The notes under the pieces are model-generated. The model was not told the origin of the DNA and did no database searches. It saw only the letters and a program-made list of their open reading frames with translations. Both the position numbers and the translations under genes were made by a program. From Octopus sinensis (lineage: Eukaryota), in NCBI RefSeq assembly GCF_006345805.1, contig NC_043009.1, positions 34,100,001 to 34,164,000 on the forward strand: 64,000 bases of DNA, in the 5' to 3' direction. Positions 50,523-61,704 of this stretch are shown here, in pieces; within the stretch, counting starts at the first letter, position 1; every line of letters starts with the position of its first letter.

Positions 50523-51646
50523 CCCGGTTTTCGCGGTGCACCCGCCCGGTTTTCGCGGTGCACCCGCCCTCCCACCCCCACCACCGGTACAGGAAGTCCT
50601 AAATTTTTCTCATCCTTGTCTCCCTTATACACTCAAAGTCTTACGCCACCCCCACCTCCTTCCATAAAAGGTAGTGTTCAGTCATTGCAAGATATGTTTA
50701 GTGTTGTATACGAGGTTTGAACTTAAGTTCCATTGTTTGTCTATGAATACTACCAAACGCGAGTTTTCTTTTCAGGTACATGACGCTATTAGGACCAATA
50801 CCACTTCCACCCCCACCCACAGCCTCAGGGTTGGCACCCTCAACGTCGGCACACTGAAAGGCAGATCTGGCGAGATAGTTGAATTGCTTGAACGGAGGTG
50901 GGTTGATATATGCTGCATTCAAGAAGTGAGGTGGAGAGGAGGTTCTGCTAGGTTCCTCACAGGCAAAGACAGAGGTACAAGATTTTCTGGGCTGGGAATA
51001 CTGACGGAGTCGGGGGTGTGGGCATGCTTATCGCCGAAAAATGGGTAGATAAGGTAATCGAGGTAGTCAGAGTAAGTGACAGAATAATTAAGATTAGATT
51101 AGTGCTCCACCATAGTTTAGCAACTATTATATCGGCCTATGCCCCTCAGCCAGGGCTACCTGATGGACAGAAAGACTGTTTCTATGACACCCTACTGCAG
51201 ACCACATCATTGACGAACGACAGAGACCTTCTCTTTGTGGCTGGTGACTTCAATGGGCATGTTGGACGACGTGCTGGGGGCTTCCATGGCGTGCATGGAG
51301 GCTACGGTTATGGTTCCCGCAACGAGGAGGGAACCAGGCTGCTGGAGTTCTGCGATGCGAATAGTCTTATGATTTGCAACACTAACTTCAGGAACCGACA
51401 AGCCACCTGGTCACCTACCGATCGGGCCGGCATACTAGCCAAATCGACTACATCCTTGCCAGAAAAAGGGAAAGATGGCTGCTTATAAATGCCAAAACCT
51501 TCCCAAGTGAAGAATGCACCCCACAACATAGACTGGTAGTTAGTGACTTTAGGATCAGGACTAAGAGGGCGACTAGAAGACGACCAACATGGAGAAGAAG
51601 GGTCTGGAAGCTTAAAGACCCTGCGAATGGACAGAGATTTAGAGAT

Positions 51647-53335
51647 ATGTTATTTGAAGCTTTAGACGAAATGGAAGGGAGTATAGCTACGCATGGGGTA
51701 GAAGACAACTGGACGCTTCTGAGGGACAACCTGCTGAAAGCCGCTGACCAGATCTGTGGCTGGTGCAAAGTCCCCTTAAGACCCAAAATAACGTGGTGGT
51801 GGAACAATATTGTTGACAGGGCTATTAGACAAAAGAAACAGGCTTGGAAGGCCTGGAAGAACGGTGGTAGCAGGGAAGTGTATCAGTCTGCCAGAAGGGA
51901 AGCCAGGAGACAGGTCTATCTAGCCAGAGGGGAAGCAGAGAAGGAAAAATTTGCCAATGTCCTGCGTCGTGAGGATGAAAGACTTGAGGTATTTCGTGTT
52001 GCAAGACAGTGTGTGAGAGAGAATCGTGACGTGGTAGGAGAGGATTGTGTTCGCAAGGAGGACGGTTCACTTGCACTTAATGAGGGTGCAAAGAGAGAGA
52101 CTTGGAGACGCCACTATGATAGGTTGCTGAATGAAGAAAATGAATGGGATAAAGAGAGTCTGCCGAATGTCGACCCAACAGAGGGACCAGCAATCCGAGT
52201 TAACAGTTCCTTAGTAGATAAGGCAATTAGAAGCATGAAAACAGGGAAAGCCCCAGGCCCATCAGGAATTACTGCAGAGATGCTCAAAATATCTGGTGGT
52301 GTCGGCTATAGCTTAGTCACCCGTATAGTTAACCAGGTGATACACGAGGGGGTCATACCCAATGACTGGTGTAGCAGCATAATAGTCAACTGCTACAAAG
52401 GTAAAGGCGACGCCCTAGAGACAAATAACTACAGGGGCATCAAGCTGCTGGATCAGGTAATGAAGGTTACGGAGAGGGTTGTAGCCCAACTAATTAGAGA
52501 GAGAGTTACCTTAGATGATATGCAGTTTGGGTTCGTGCCAGGGAAAAGTACTACTGATGCTATATTCCTGGTAAGACAGCTGCAGGAGAAATACCTAGCC
52601 AAAGATAAGCCCTTGTACCTGGCTTTTGTTGACTTGGAGAAAGCCTTTGACAGGGTCCCCCGGTCCCTTATCTGGTGGTCAATGAGGAAACTAGGGATAG
52701 AAGAATGGTTGGTGAGAGCTGTGCAAGCCATGTACAGAGACGCTGCTAGTAAGGTGAGGGTGGGCAACGAGTACAGTGAAGAATTCCGGGTAGAGGTTGG
52801 GGTCCACCAAGGTTCAGTCCTCAGTCCCCTCCTATTTATCATAGTCCTCCAGGCAATAACGGAGGAATTCAAGACAGGTTGCCCCTGGGAGCTCCTCTAT
52901 GCTGATGACCTTGCTCTAATTGCTGAGTCACTATCAGAACTGGAGGAGAAGTTCCAGGTGTGGAAACAAGGATTAGAATCGAAGGGCCTTAGAATCAACC
53001 TAGCCAAAACCAAAGTTCTAATAAGTAGGAAGGTAGATCAATCACAAACGCCTTCAGGTAGATGGCCCTGCTCGATCTGTAAAAAAGGTGTAGGTAGAAA
53101 CTCTATAAGATGCACCAAGTGTAAGCTATGGACACATAAGAGGTGCAGCAATGTCAAAGGAAGGCTAACTAGGAAAATAGTTTTTGTCTGTGGCAAATGC
53201 TCAGGAGCAATAAACACTGGAAATATGCAGAGACCAACTTCTGCCACGTTCCAGGGAGACAAACTAGAAGTAGTTGATAGCTTCCGCTACCTAGGAGACC
53301 AAGTCAGTAGCGGGGTGGGTGTGCTGAAAGTGTAA
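51647..53335 (+). pseudogene. RTE reverse transcriptase with Cys-rich PHD-like insert (largest intact piece of a frameshifted ORF)
   Basis: KAPGPSGI, NYRGIKLL, QFGFVPGKSTTDAIF, FVDLEKAFD, GVHQGSVLSPLLF, YADD, FRYLG. Confidence 0.95.
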
Positions 53336-53869
53336 CTGCTAGAGTAAGAATAGCCTGGGCAAAGTTTAGAGAGCTCTTACCCCTGCTGGTGACAAAAGGC
53401 CTCTCGCTCAGAGTAAAAGGCAGACTGTATGATGCATGTGTACGTACAGCCATGCTACATGGTAGTGAAACATGGGCCGTGACTGCTGAGGATATGCGTA
53501 AGCTCGCAAGAAATGAAGCCAGTATGCTCCGATGGATGTGTAATGTCAGTGTTCATAATCGTCAGAGTGTAAGTTCCTTGAGAGAAAAGCTGAACCTAAG
53601 AAGCGTCAGTTGTGGCGTGCAAGAGACGGCTGCGCTGGTATGGTCATGTGACAAGAAAGGCTGAAGATAGTTGTGTGCAAAAGTGCTACACCCTAGCAGT
53701 GGAGGGAACCTGTGGAAGAGGTAGACCCAGAAAACCTGGGACGAGGTGGTGAAGCACGACCTTCGAACTTTAGGTCTCACTAAGGAAATGTCTAGAGACC
53801 GAGACCTATGGAAGTATGCTGTGCATGAGAAGACCCGGCAAGACTAGTCAGGCCATAACCCGTGGCCCC

Positions 53870-55500
53870 GACCTGGGACGTAGTCAGTCCTGTGCATACC
53901 TTCCTTCTTGTGACACTTATGAAGACCTGTTGAGGCAAGTGAAAATCAAATCAAATCAAACAAATCAAAATAGATGAACATCAGTGGAATTGTATTCTTT
54001 GTGGTACCAGTGCCGGTGGCACACAAGAAAACCACCCAAACGTGGCCGTAACCAGTACCGCATCGACTGGCCTCCGTGCTGTGGGCACAACAAACACCAT
54101 CCGATCGTGGCCGTTCGCCAGCCTCATCTGGCACCTGTGCCGGTGGCACATAAAGACACCATCCGAAGACCCGGCGACGTAGTCAGTCCACCTGTGCATA
54201 CCTTCCCTCTTATGACACTTGTGAAGACCTGTTGAGGCAAGTGTGTGACACTTGTGAAGACCTGTTGAGGCAAGTGAAAATCAAAATCAACCAAATCAAA
54301 ATAGATGAATATCAATGGAATTTGTATCTTTGTGGTTCCAGTACCGGTGGCACACAAGAAAACCATCCGAAGTGGCCGTAGCTGGTACCGCATCGACTGG
54401 CCTCCGTGCTGTGGGCACAACAAACACCATCTGATCGTGGCCGTTTGCCAGCCTCACCTGGCACCTGTGTCGGTGGCACATAAAAACACCATCCAAAGAC
54501 CCGGCGACGTAGTCAGTCCACCTGTGCATACCTTCCCTCTTATGACACTTGTGAAGACCTGTTGAGGCAGAGGCAAGTGTGTGACACTTGTGAAGACCTG
54601 TTGAGGCAGAGGCAAGTGTGTGACACTTGTGGAGACCTGTTGAGGCAAGTGTGTGACACGCGTGACACTTGTGAAGACCTGTTGAGGCAAGTGAAAATCA
54701 AACCAAATCAAAATAGATGAACATCAATGGAATTTGTATCTTTGTGGTTCCAGTACCGGTGGCACACAAAAACCATCCGATCGTGGCCGTTCGCCAGCCA
54801 CATCTGGCACCTGTGTCGGTGGCACATAAAGACACCATCCGAAGACCCGGCGACGTAGACAGTCCACCTGTGCATACCTTCCTTCTTGTGACACTTGTGA
54901 AGACCTGTTGAGGCAAGTGACACTTGTGAAGACCTGTTGAGGCAAGTGAAAATCAAATCAAATCAAAACAAATCAAAATAGATGAACATAAATGGAATTT
55001 GTATCTTTTGTGACACTTGTGAAGACCTGTTGAGGCAAGTGACACTTGTGAAGACCTGTTGAGGCAAGTGAAAATCAAATCAAATCAAAACAAATCAAAA
55101 TAGATGAACATAAATGGAATTTGTATCTTTGTGGTACCAGTGCCGGTGGCACACAAGAAAATCATCCGAACGTGGCCGTAGCCAGTACTGCATAGACTGG
55201 CCTCCGTGCTTTGGGGACGTAACAAACACCATCCGATCGTGGCCGTCCGCCAGCCTCATCTGGCACCTGTGTCGGTGGCACATAAAAACACCATCCGAGC
55301 GTGGCCGTCTGCCAGCCTCGTCTGGCACCTGCCAGCCTCATCTGGCACCTGTGTCGGTGGCACATAAAAACACCATCCGAGCGTGGCCGTCTGCCAGCCT
55401 CGTCTGGCACCTGTGTCGGTGGCACATAAAAACACCATCCGAGCGTGGCCGTTCGCCAGCCTCGTCTGGCACCTGTGTCGGTGGCACATAAAATCACCCA
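53870..55500 (+). repeat. Higher-order nested tandem array forming the RTE 3' UTR
   Basis: ~31-bp GTGACACTTGTGAAGACCTGTTGAGGCAAGT about 11 times, (AAATC)n-containing block about 5 times, ~60-bp GGCACCTGTGTCGGTGGCACATAAAAACACCATCCGA block about 8 times. Confidence 0.95.
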
Positions 55501-55784
55501 CTACACTCTCGGAGTGGTTGGCGTTAGGAAGGGCATCCAGCTGTAGAAACACTGCCAGATCTGACTGGCCTGGTGCAGCCTTCGGGCTCCCCAGACCCCA
55601 GTTGAACCGTCCAACCCATGCTAGCATGGAAAGCGGACGCTAAATGATGATGATGATGATGATGATATATATATATATAGTTAGAATTTACAAAAAATAA
55701 ACAAAACAAAACAAAAGACGAAGACAGGTGTGTAAACAACAAACAGATGTATGTATTAGTTTAACACTTGGGAAGTGAGAAAGT

Positions 55785-55820
55785 CTTTTACGTTTCGAGC
55801 CTATGCTCTTCAACAGAAAG
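55785..55820 (-). ncRNA. Minimal type I hammerhead-like motif in a PLE terminus (55690-55885)
   Basis: CTTT-CTGTTGA-A-GAGC-ATAG-GCTC-GAA-ACGT-A-AAAG: helix I CUUU/AAAG, 4-bp helix II, palindromic ACGU helix III; A6U change in the core. Confidence 0.6.
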
Positions 55821-56399
55821 GAACACAGAAATAAACAGAGAGAGAAAAATAAAAAATGGTTTAAGGGCTAGTGATCAGTCATGTATATCTATACATTTAC
55901 ATATATGTATATCTACACACACACACACACACACATAACACATAAACAGAAACTGAAAGATTGCTTTAAGATACATGGTGTATCTTATAAATATGTATGC
56001 CTGTTCAAGTATCATAATAGCATGAGACTATTCTATTAGTAGCTCCTTTGGCAGTGTATTTAATTATATATATATTATATATATATATATATTATATAAT
56101 ATATATATATATATATGCCAATATGCTGAAAAATAGATGTCTGATTCGGGAATTGTTTCAGCACAGTGTATATTTATAGTGAAAAATATTGCATGTGGTT
56201 AGACATTCTAAGGTCTACTTTTCAGTATATTGGGAGAGAAAAATTTTTCCTTTTGCTATTATTTATAATTGTTTATCTTTTCACCTTGAAAGATATTTTA
56301 ATATCCTGGCCACTAATAAATTTTTGTTTGAAAAATTTTATCCTTATATACATACACACACACACACATATATATATGTATATATATATATAATATATA

Positions 56400-57183
56400 T
56401 ATATATATATAAACGGCAGTTTGTCTGTGTGTCTGTCAGGTTGTACCCTCACCCTGACCACGGCTTTCAACCGATTCTGATGAAACTTGAGACACACATA
56501 GCCCAATGTCATAATTCAAAACTAACGCAGCGAAAATTTTGAAAAGTTCCCCCAGTTCTGAAAAAAATCGATAAATTCGACATGGGTCGAGAATCTAAGC
56601 TTTTTATATGCAACACATTTTCTACAGACTGTCATGGGGACGCAACTCGACCTTTTTAACTCTCGGAACACGTGGGGTAAATATCCCAAAATGTATAAAA
56701 ATGTACAAAAACGGCAAAAAAGCGGGCAGCAATGTGAGTGACAACAACGAAAAAGTCAAAAGTGACCAAACTGAACAAACGAATGGAAAAGGTTTTTTGG
56801 TGCACACGACAAAAGCGGTTTATAATAAACCAAGAGTTTGCAAGTAGCGTCCGAGGACCCTTAGGGTACGTCAAAAATTTAAGGTAAAACGTTTGGGGTG
56901 GTAGTTATAAAGAAACTGTAGACAAAAAAGTATACGAATAACTTGCGGCTGCAGCAGCTATTAGCAGGAGTGTTGGGGGTAAAGTCTCGAATGTAATTTC
57001 TTCCTGGTAGGAATTGGTTGGGTTGAATTATCGATAGCTGTTTGATAGTTATTTGGGAGTGAAGAGAAGACATTGCAACCTACACATGCGCCTTCGTTCC
57101 TTAGAGGGTAAGGACTAGATTGGAATTAGTCGTTGCCTACTAGGGTCTCTTACATACCCGGGCAACGCCGGGCTATGCTGCTA

Positions 57184-57185
<2 letters not shown>
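56400..57185 (+). mobile_element. Non-autonomous Helitron-type element
   Basis: 3' hairpin CCCGGGCAACGCCGGG (57157-57172) followed by CTAG|T at 57181; 5' TGTC/TGTG microsatellite and ACCGATTCTGATGAAACTT motif; sits in (TA)n. Confidence 0.85.
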
Positions 57186-57251
<66 letters not shown>

Positions 57252-57364
57252 CACATACGTATATATATACATATATACATATATTTACATATATGCATAT
57301 ATATATATATATATATATGTATGTATATATAATATATATATATATATTAAATATATGTATGTAG

Positions 57365-58610
57365 GTGCAGGAGTGACTGTGTGGTAAGTAGCTTGCAACA
57401 ATGGTTGCCCACCAAGGGATCCTGAGGTGGCAGGCGGGAAGGAAGATCTTCTGGACAAAACGAAAGAACCCCACCCTCCCGTCATAAAGGAGAAAAGAAG
57501 AAAAAGAGAAAATAGGGCATTGCCAGCGGTTGCTAGTACACTGCCGGCATGTCCCGAAATCTCTTTGGTGGGAATTGTGCCACTGGAGAGGAGATTTGAG
57601 GACTCTCCCTATGTGGAGGAGGAATTTGTAGTCATGTTCTGCAAGGGAGGGGAAATCCAAAAAAATGATCAAAAAGTTTAATAAAAAAAAGGTCGAAAGG
57701 AAGGGATTCTTACCTGTACCAAGAACCTTGATTGACCTCCACAGATAGCTGCAGAGGCCTTGTGGGAAACAAATTTGTTTGCAGTAATGGAGTCCTTCTC
57801 TGAAGACACATTCTGCTTCATGCTGAAGCACCCTAAGCTAGAACTATCGAGGTGCTTGAGTGAGGCATTGAACCCGGACGGGTGACAGCAGGGCGGAAAA
57901 AATTAAAAGGCTTAGTGCCTCTCATTGCATATCAAAATTAAGGTTAGAGGTTTAATGCCTTGGTTTGTTGTTTCTTTGAATTTATTGTTTGTAAGAGGCT
58001 CAGCACCTCAATTTATAATGAACTATGGAACTAAACTAAGAGGTTTACTGTGTAAAAAAAAATAATAGTTTTAAAGAAGCAAAAGATTGGCGGGCGTCTT
58101 TTGTCTTCTCCCATCAATATCATCCTTTTCATCACTCATCTCATCAATGTTTTTGTCCAGCTCGCAAGCTACTCCCATTGTGTTATGCCTTTATGGCAAA
58201 ATTTTGAAATAATGTAGCTTGCTTGCTAACCACATGGTTCCAGGTTCAATCCCACTGCACAGCATCTTGGGCAAGTGCCTTCTACTATAGCCTCAGGCTG
58301 ACCAAAACCTTGTGAGTGGATTTGGTAAACGGAAACTGAAAAAAGCCCATTTTATATGTGTGTGTGTGCGTGTGTGCATGTGTCTGTGTGTGTGTGTGTG
58401 TGTGTGTGTTTGTATCTGTGTTTGTCCACCCACCATCGCTTGACAACCAATGCTGGTGTGTTTATGTCCCTGTAACAGCAATTTGGCAAAAGAGTCCAAT
58501 AGGATAAGTATTAGGCATACAAAGAATAAGCCCTTGGGTCAATTGGTTCGACTAAGGGTGGTGCTCCAGCTTAGTCACAGTCAAATGACTTAAACAAATA
58601 AAAGAATATA
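57365..58610 (+). mobile_element. SINE family A split by an 817-bp insertion (57397-58213) with a 9-bp TSD
   Basis: GTAGCTTGC at 57388-57396 and 58214-58222; the SINE resumes in register afterwards. Confidence 0.85.
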
Positions 58611-58625
58611 TATATAGTGAGAATG

Positions 58626-58656
<31 letters not shown>

Positions 58657-60189
58657 TGTATGTATGTATGTACAGTGAAAAAGAGAGAAATAGACAAACA
58701 ATATTATAGTACTATTTATTACTGGAAATATATCTGATGGTTGTGTGACATACATATACAGTAGTCTAAATACTTTGAGTGCTTGTTGGGCAATATATAT
58801 CCTAGCAGCCTGGGAGTGACAAACATCATTCTAGAAATGCCATAAGTAAGATTCCTCTGCATTTTGGCTTTCTCATCTTATTTTTTGTTTTGTAATATGG
58901 GTGGGGTTGACATATAATTTGGTGAAAGAACTTTTGTTGTTCATTGTTGACCTTTAATAAATTTGTCCACCGACATATTTATCCCTCCTCTAATTTACCT
59001 TCCAAACTTACAAGTCATCCACTATGTGGTTACTGAGCTTACTAGAAATAATGATAACCTCTCCCTCAAGTTACACATTAAAGAGAACACATTGGATGAT
59101 GTGGCCTGGATTCAATGCATATAACTAAATAACAAGAAGGTCATAGCTAGAATACCTTTCATTAGGTTTGACATGGGCCTAAGCAACAGCAACATTAAAA
59201 GAGGGCCTGTACATGGATGCTTGACTTGTTAGAAATAGTTGCCAAATCTCATTCAAATTATTACTTTCACATCTGACTTCAATTCACTTGTAGTGATCCA
59301 GTTTCTTTGTGAAGGACCCATGGAAATCCTACATCCAAATAAAACAACAGGATAGTCACCTTTGATATGCCTTTGATTATAGGTTTGCTATGGTCAATCA
59401 CTGTTTTCTATGTAGTCACAATTAAGTCTGTGGCTAAACAACACTAACACATCAGTAGCCAACATCTTTACACTTGATATTAATTCGCCATCTGCCATAC
59501 AACATATACAGTCGTTGTCAGAATATATAATAGCTTAAGATTAGATATGTATGTAGGGGAACATGGCTGTATGTGTGTGAACAGAAGTGTGTATGCAAGT
59601 GGATCTCTTGGAGCATATGTGACAGGTGGTGTGTGTGTGTATATGTATATGTCTCTGTTTTTATGTCTATATGTCCCTAAGTGTGTCTGCCTATGAAAAA
59701 TGTGTGTGAAGATATCTGTGTGATATCAGAATGTGAATTTGTGAGTATATATGTAGCTATGTTTGTGTATGTGTGGTTGCATGAGTACCAGTGTTCGGGT
59801 GCATGTATGGAGTGTATGTGGCATAGATATGTATGTGTGGTAGCAGATGCATATGCTAGGCTATATATTTTAGTGTGTATATGTCAAGTTTTATGCCAGT
59901 GTAACACTATATGTTAATGGTTGTGTATATAATGTTATATGTTTATGTGTGTATAAGGTTGTATATCTGTATGTGAGGGTATATTGTATGCATGTGTGTA
60001 TGTAAGGGTGTTTATCTATTTACATGTGTGTATGTAAGGTTGTATGTCTATGTGTACGAGCATTTATAAATAAGGTCATTTGTCTGTTTTTGCGTGTGTG
60101 TATGATGTATAAGCCTGTGTAAGTTATGTATTCAAGACGTTGACAGACATTCTTTTGTCAGCAACACCACAAAGATCTTATTGTAGTGG

Positions 60190-61080
60190 AGAGATGGTAG
60201 TGGTAGTGGTAGGAGTAATGGTGGTGGTGATCATAAATGGGGTTTAATGGTTGTGATGGTGGTGGTTGAATGGTAGTGGTTATGGCTGGGATGGTGACTG
60301 ATGGTGATTGATGGTAGTGGTGATCATAGTGATGGTTATTGATGGTGGTGGTGGTAATGATGGAGACTGAAGGCAGTGATTGTGGTAGTAGTGGTAATGA
60401 CAATTGATGGTACTGCTGATTGTAGGGATAGTGATTGATGGTGGTGGTGATGGTGATTGATGACTGTGGTGGTGGTAATGGTGATTGATAGCTGTGATAG
60501 TGGTGATTAATGGCTATAGTGGCAGTGATTGTGATTGATGGTTGCAGTGGTGGTAGTGATTGATGGCTGTGGTGATAGTGATGGTAATTGATGGCTATGG
60601 TGGTGGTGATGGTAATTGATGGCTGTAGTGATGGTGATTGGTGGCTGTAGTGATGGTGATTGATGGCTGTGGTGGTGATGGTGATTGATGGCTGTAATGG
60701 TGGTGGTGATTGATGGCTGTGGTGATAGTGATGGTGATTGATACTATGTTGGTGGTGATGATGATTGATGGTTGTGGTGATGGTGATAGTGATTGATGGC
60801 TGTGGTGGTAGTGATTGTGATTGATGGCTTTGGTGGTAGTGATTGTGATTGATGGCTGTGGTGATGATGGTGATTGATGGCTGTGGTGATACTGATGGTG
60901 ATTGATGGCTGTGGTGGTAGAAATTGATGGTTGTGGTAGTAGTGATGGTGATTGATGGCAGTGGTGATACTGATAGTGATTGATGGCTGTGGTAATGGTG
61001 ATTGATGCTGTGCTGGTGGTGATGGGGATTGATGGCTGTAGTAATAGTGATGATGACTGATGTCTCTGATGATGATTCGA
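60190..61080. repeat. Degenerate ~27-33-bp GT-rich minisatellite (GTGGTGGTGATGGTGATTGATGGCT)n
   Basis: Direct inspection; explains the low-complexity ORFs 60158-61171 and 60595-61095. Confidence 0.9.
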
Positions 61081-61357
61081 TAGAAGGATGATCAAAAACT
61101 ACTTTTACAATAAATATATTGGTACAATTTTCCATATCCTTATATTTGTCTTTACCCTTTCTAGCTGTCATCAGTCCATCCTCTTATTAACTATTCTAGC
61201 TGTCTATTTAGTCATCACTTCTCCTTTTCTCTTTCCTTTCTTTATGCAGTCAGTCTATTCATGCAGTTACTTGTCTGTCTTTCCCTTTAGCTATCAGTCT
61301 AAAAAGATATATATATATATAAACATCAAAATAAATATCAAATGGAAATAGTAGTTG

Positions 61358-61697
61358 TGATACCTGTGCCGGTGGCACATAAAAAGCACCATCCAAATGT
61401 GGTCGATGCCAGCGCCGCCTTGACTGGCTTCTGTGCCGGTAGCACGTAAAAAGCACCAACCGATCGTGGCTGCTGCCAGCCTCCCCTGGCACCTGTGCCA
61501 GTGGCACATAAAAAGCACCCACTACACTCACGGAGTGGTTGGCGTTAGGAAGGGCATCCAGCTGTAGAAACACTTCCAGATCAGACTGGAGCCTGGTGCA
61601 GCCGCCTGGCTTCCCAGACCCCGGTCGAACCGTCCAACCCATGCTAGCATGGAAAACGGACGTTAAATGATGATGATGATGATGATGATGATGATAT
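61358..61697 (+). mobile_element. 5'-truncated RTE 3' UTR with three CCTGTGCCGGTGGCAC modules and (TGA)n tail
   Basis: Same modules and terminus as 55230-55665. Confidence 0.85.
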
Positions 61698-61704
61698 AAG
61701 AAAG

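Larger units (their letters stand above)
50523..55665 (+). mobile_element. Near full-length RTE-clade LINE (APE + RT, long repetitive 3' UTR, (TGA)n tail)
   Basis: ORFs 50674-51048, 51018-51488, 51647-53335 and 53389-53664 are consecutive frameshifted pieces; the tail ends at ~55665. Confidence 0.95.

Noticed and set aside
53920-53950. CTGTTGAGGCAAGTGAAA as a hammerhead core in the RTE array
   Set aside because: No helix II can form between the CUGNNGA-like and GAAA parts, and helices I and III are absent.
53870-55500. CRISPR-like look of the recurring ~31-bp repeat
   Set aside because: The intervening sequences are themselves repeated, spacing is irregular, there are no cas genes, and the array is continuous with a eukaryotic LINE 3' UTR.
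57714-57850. Minus-strand exon ending at CAG|GTAAGA
   Set aside because: Lies within a TSD-flanked mobile insert whose opposite strand carries the more protein-like frame.
60158-61171. 337-aa His/Thr/Ile-rich ORF
   Set aside because: Product of a minisatellite that lacks stops on the minus strand; no splice or domain evidence.
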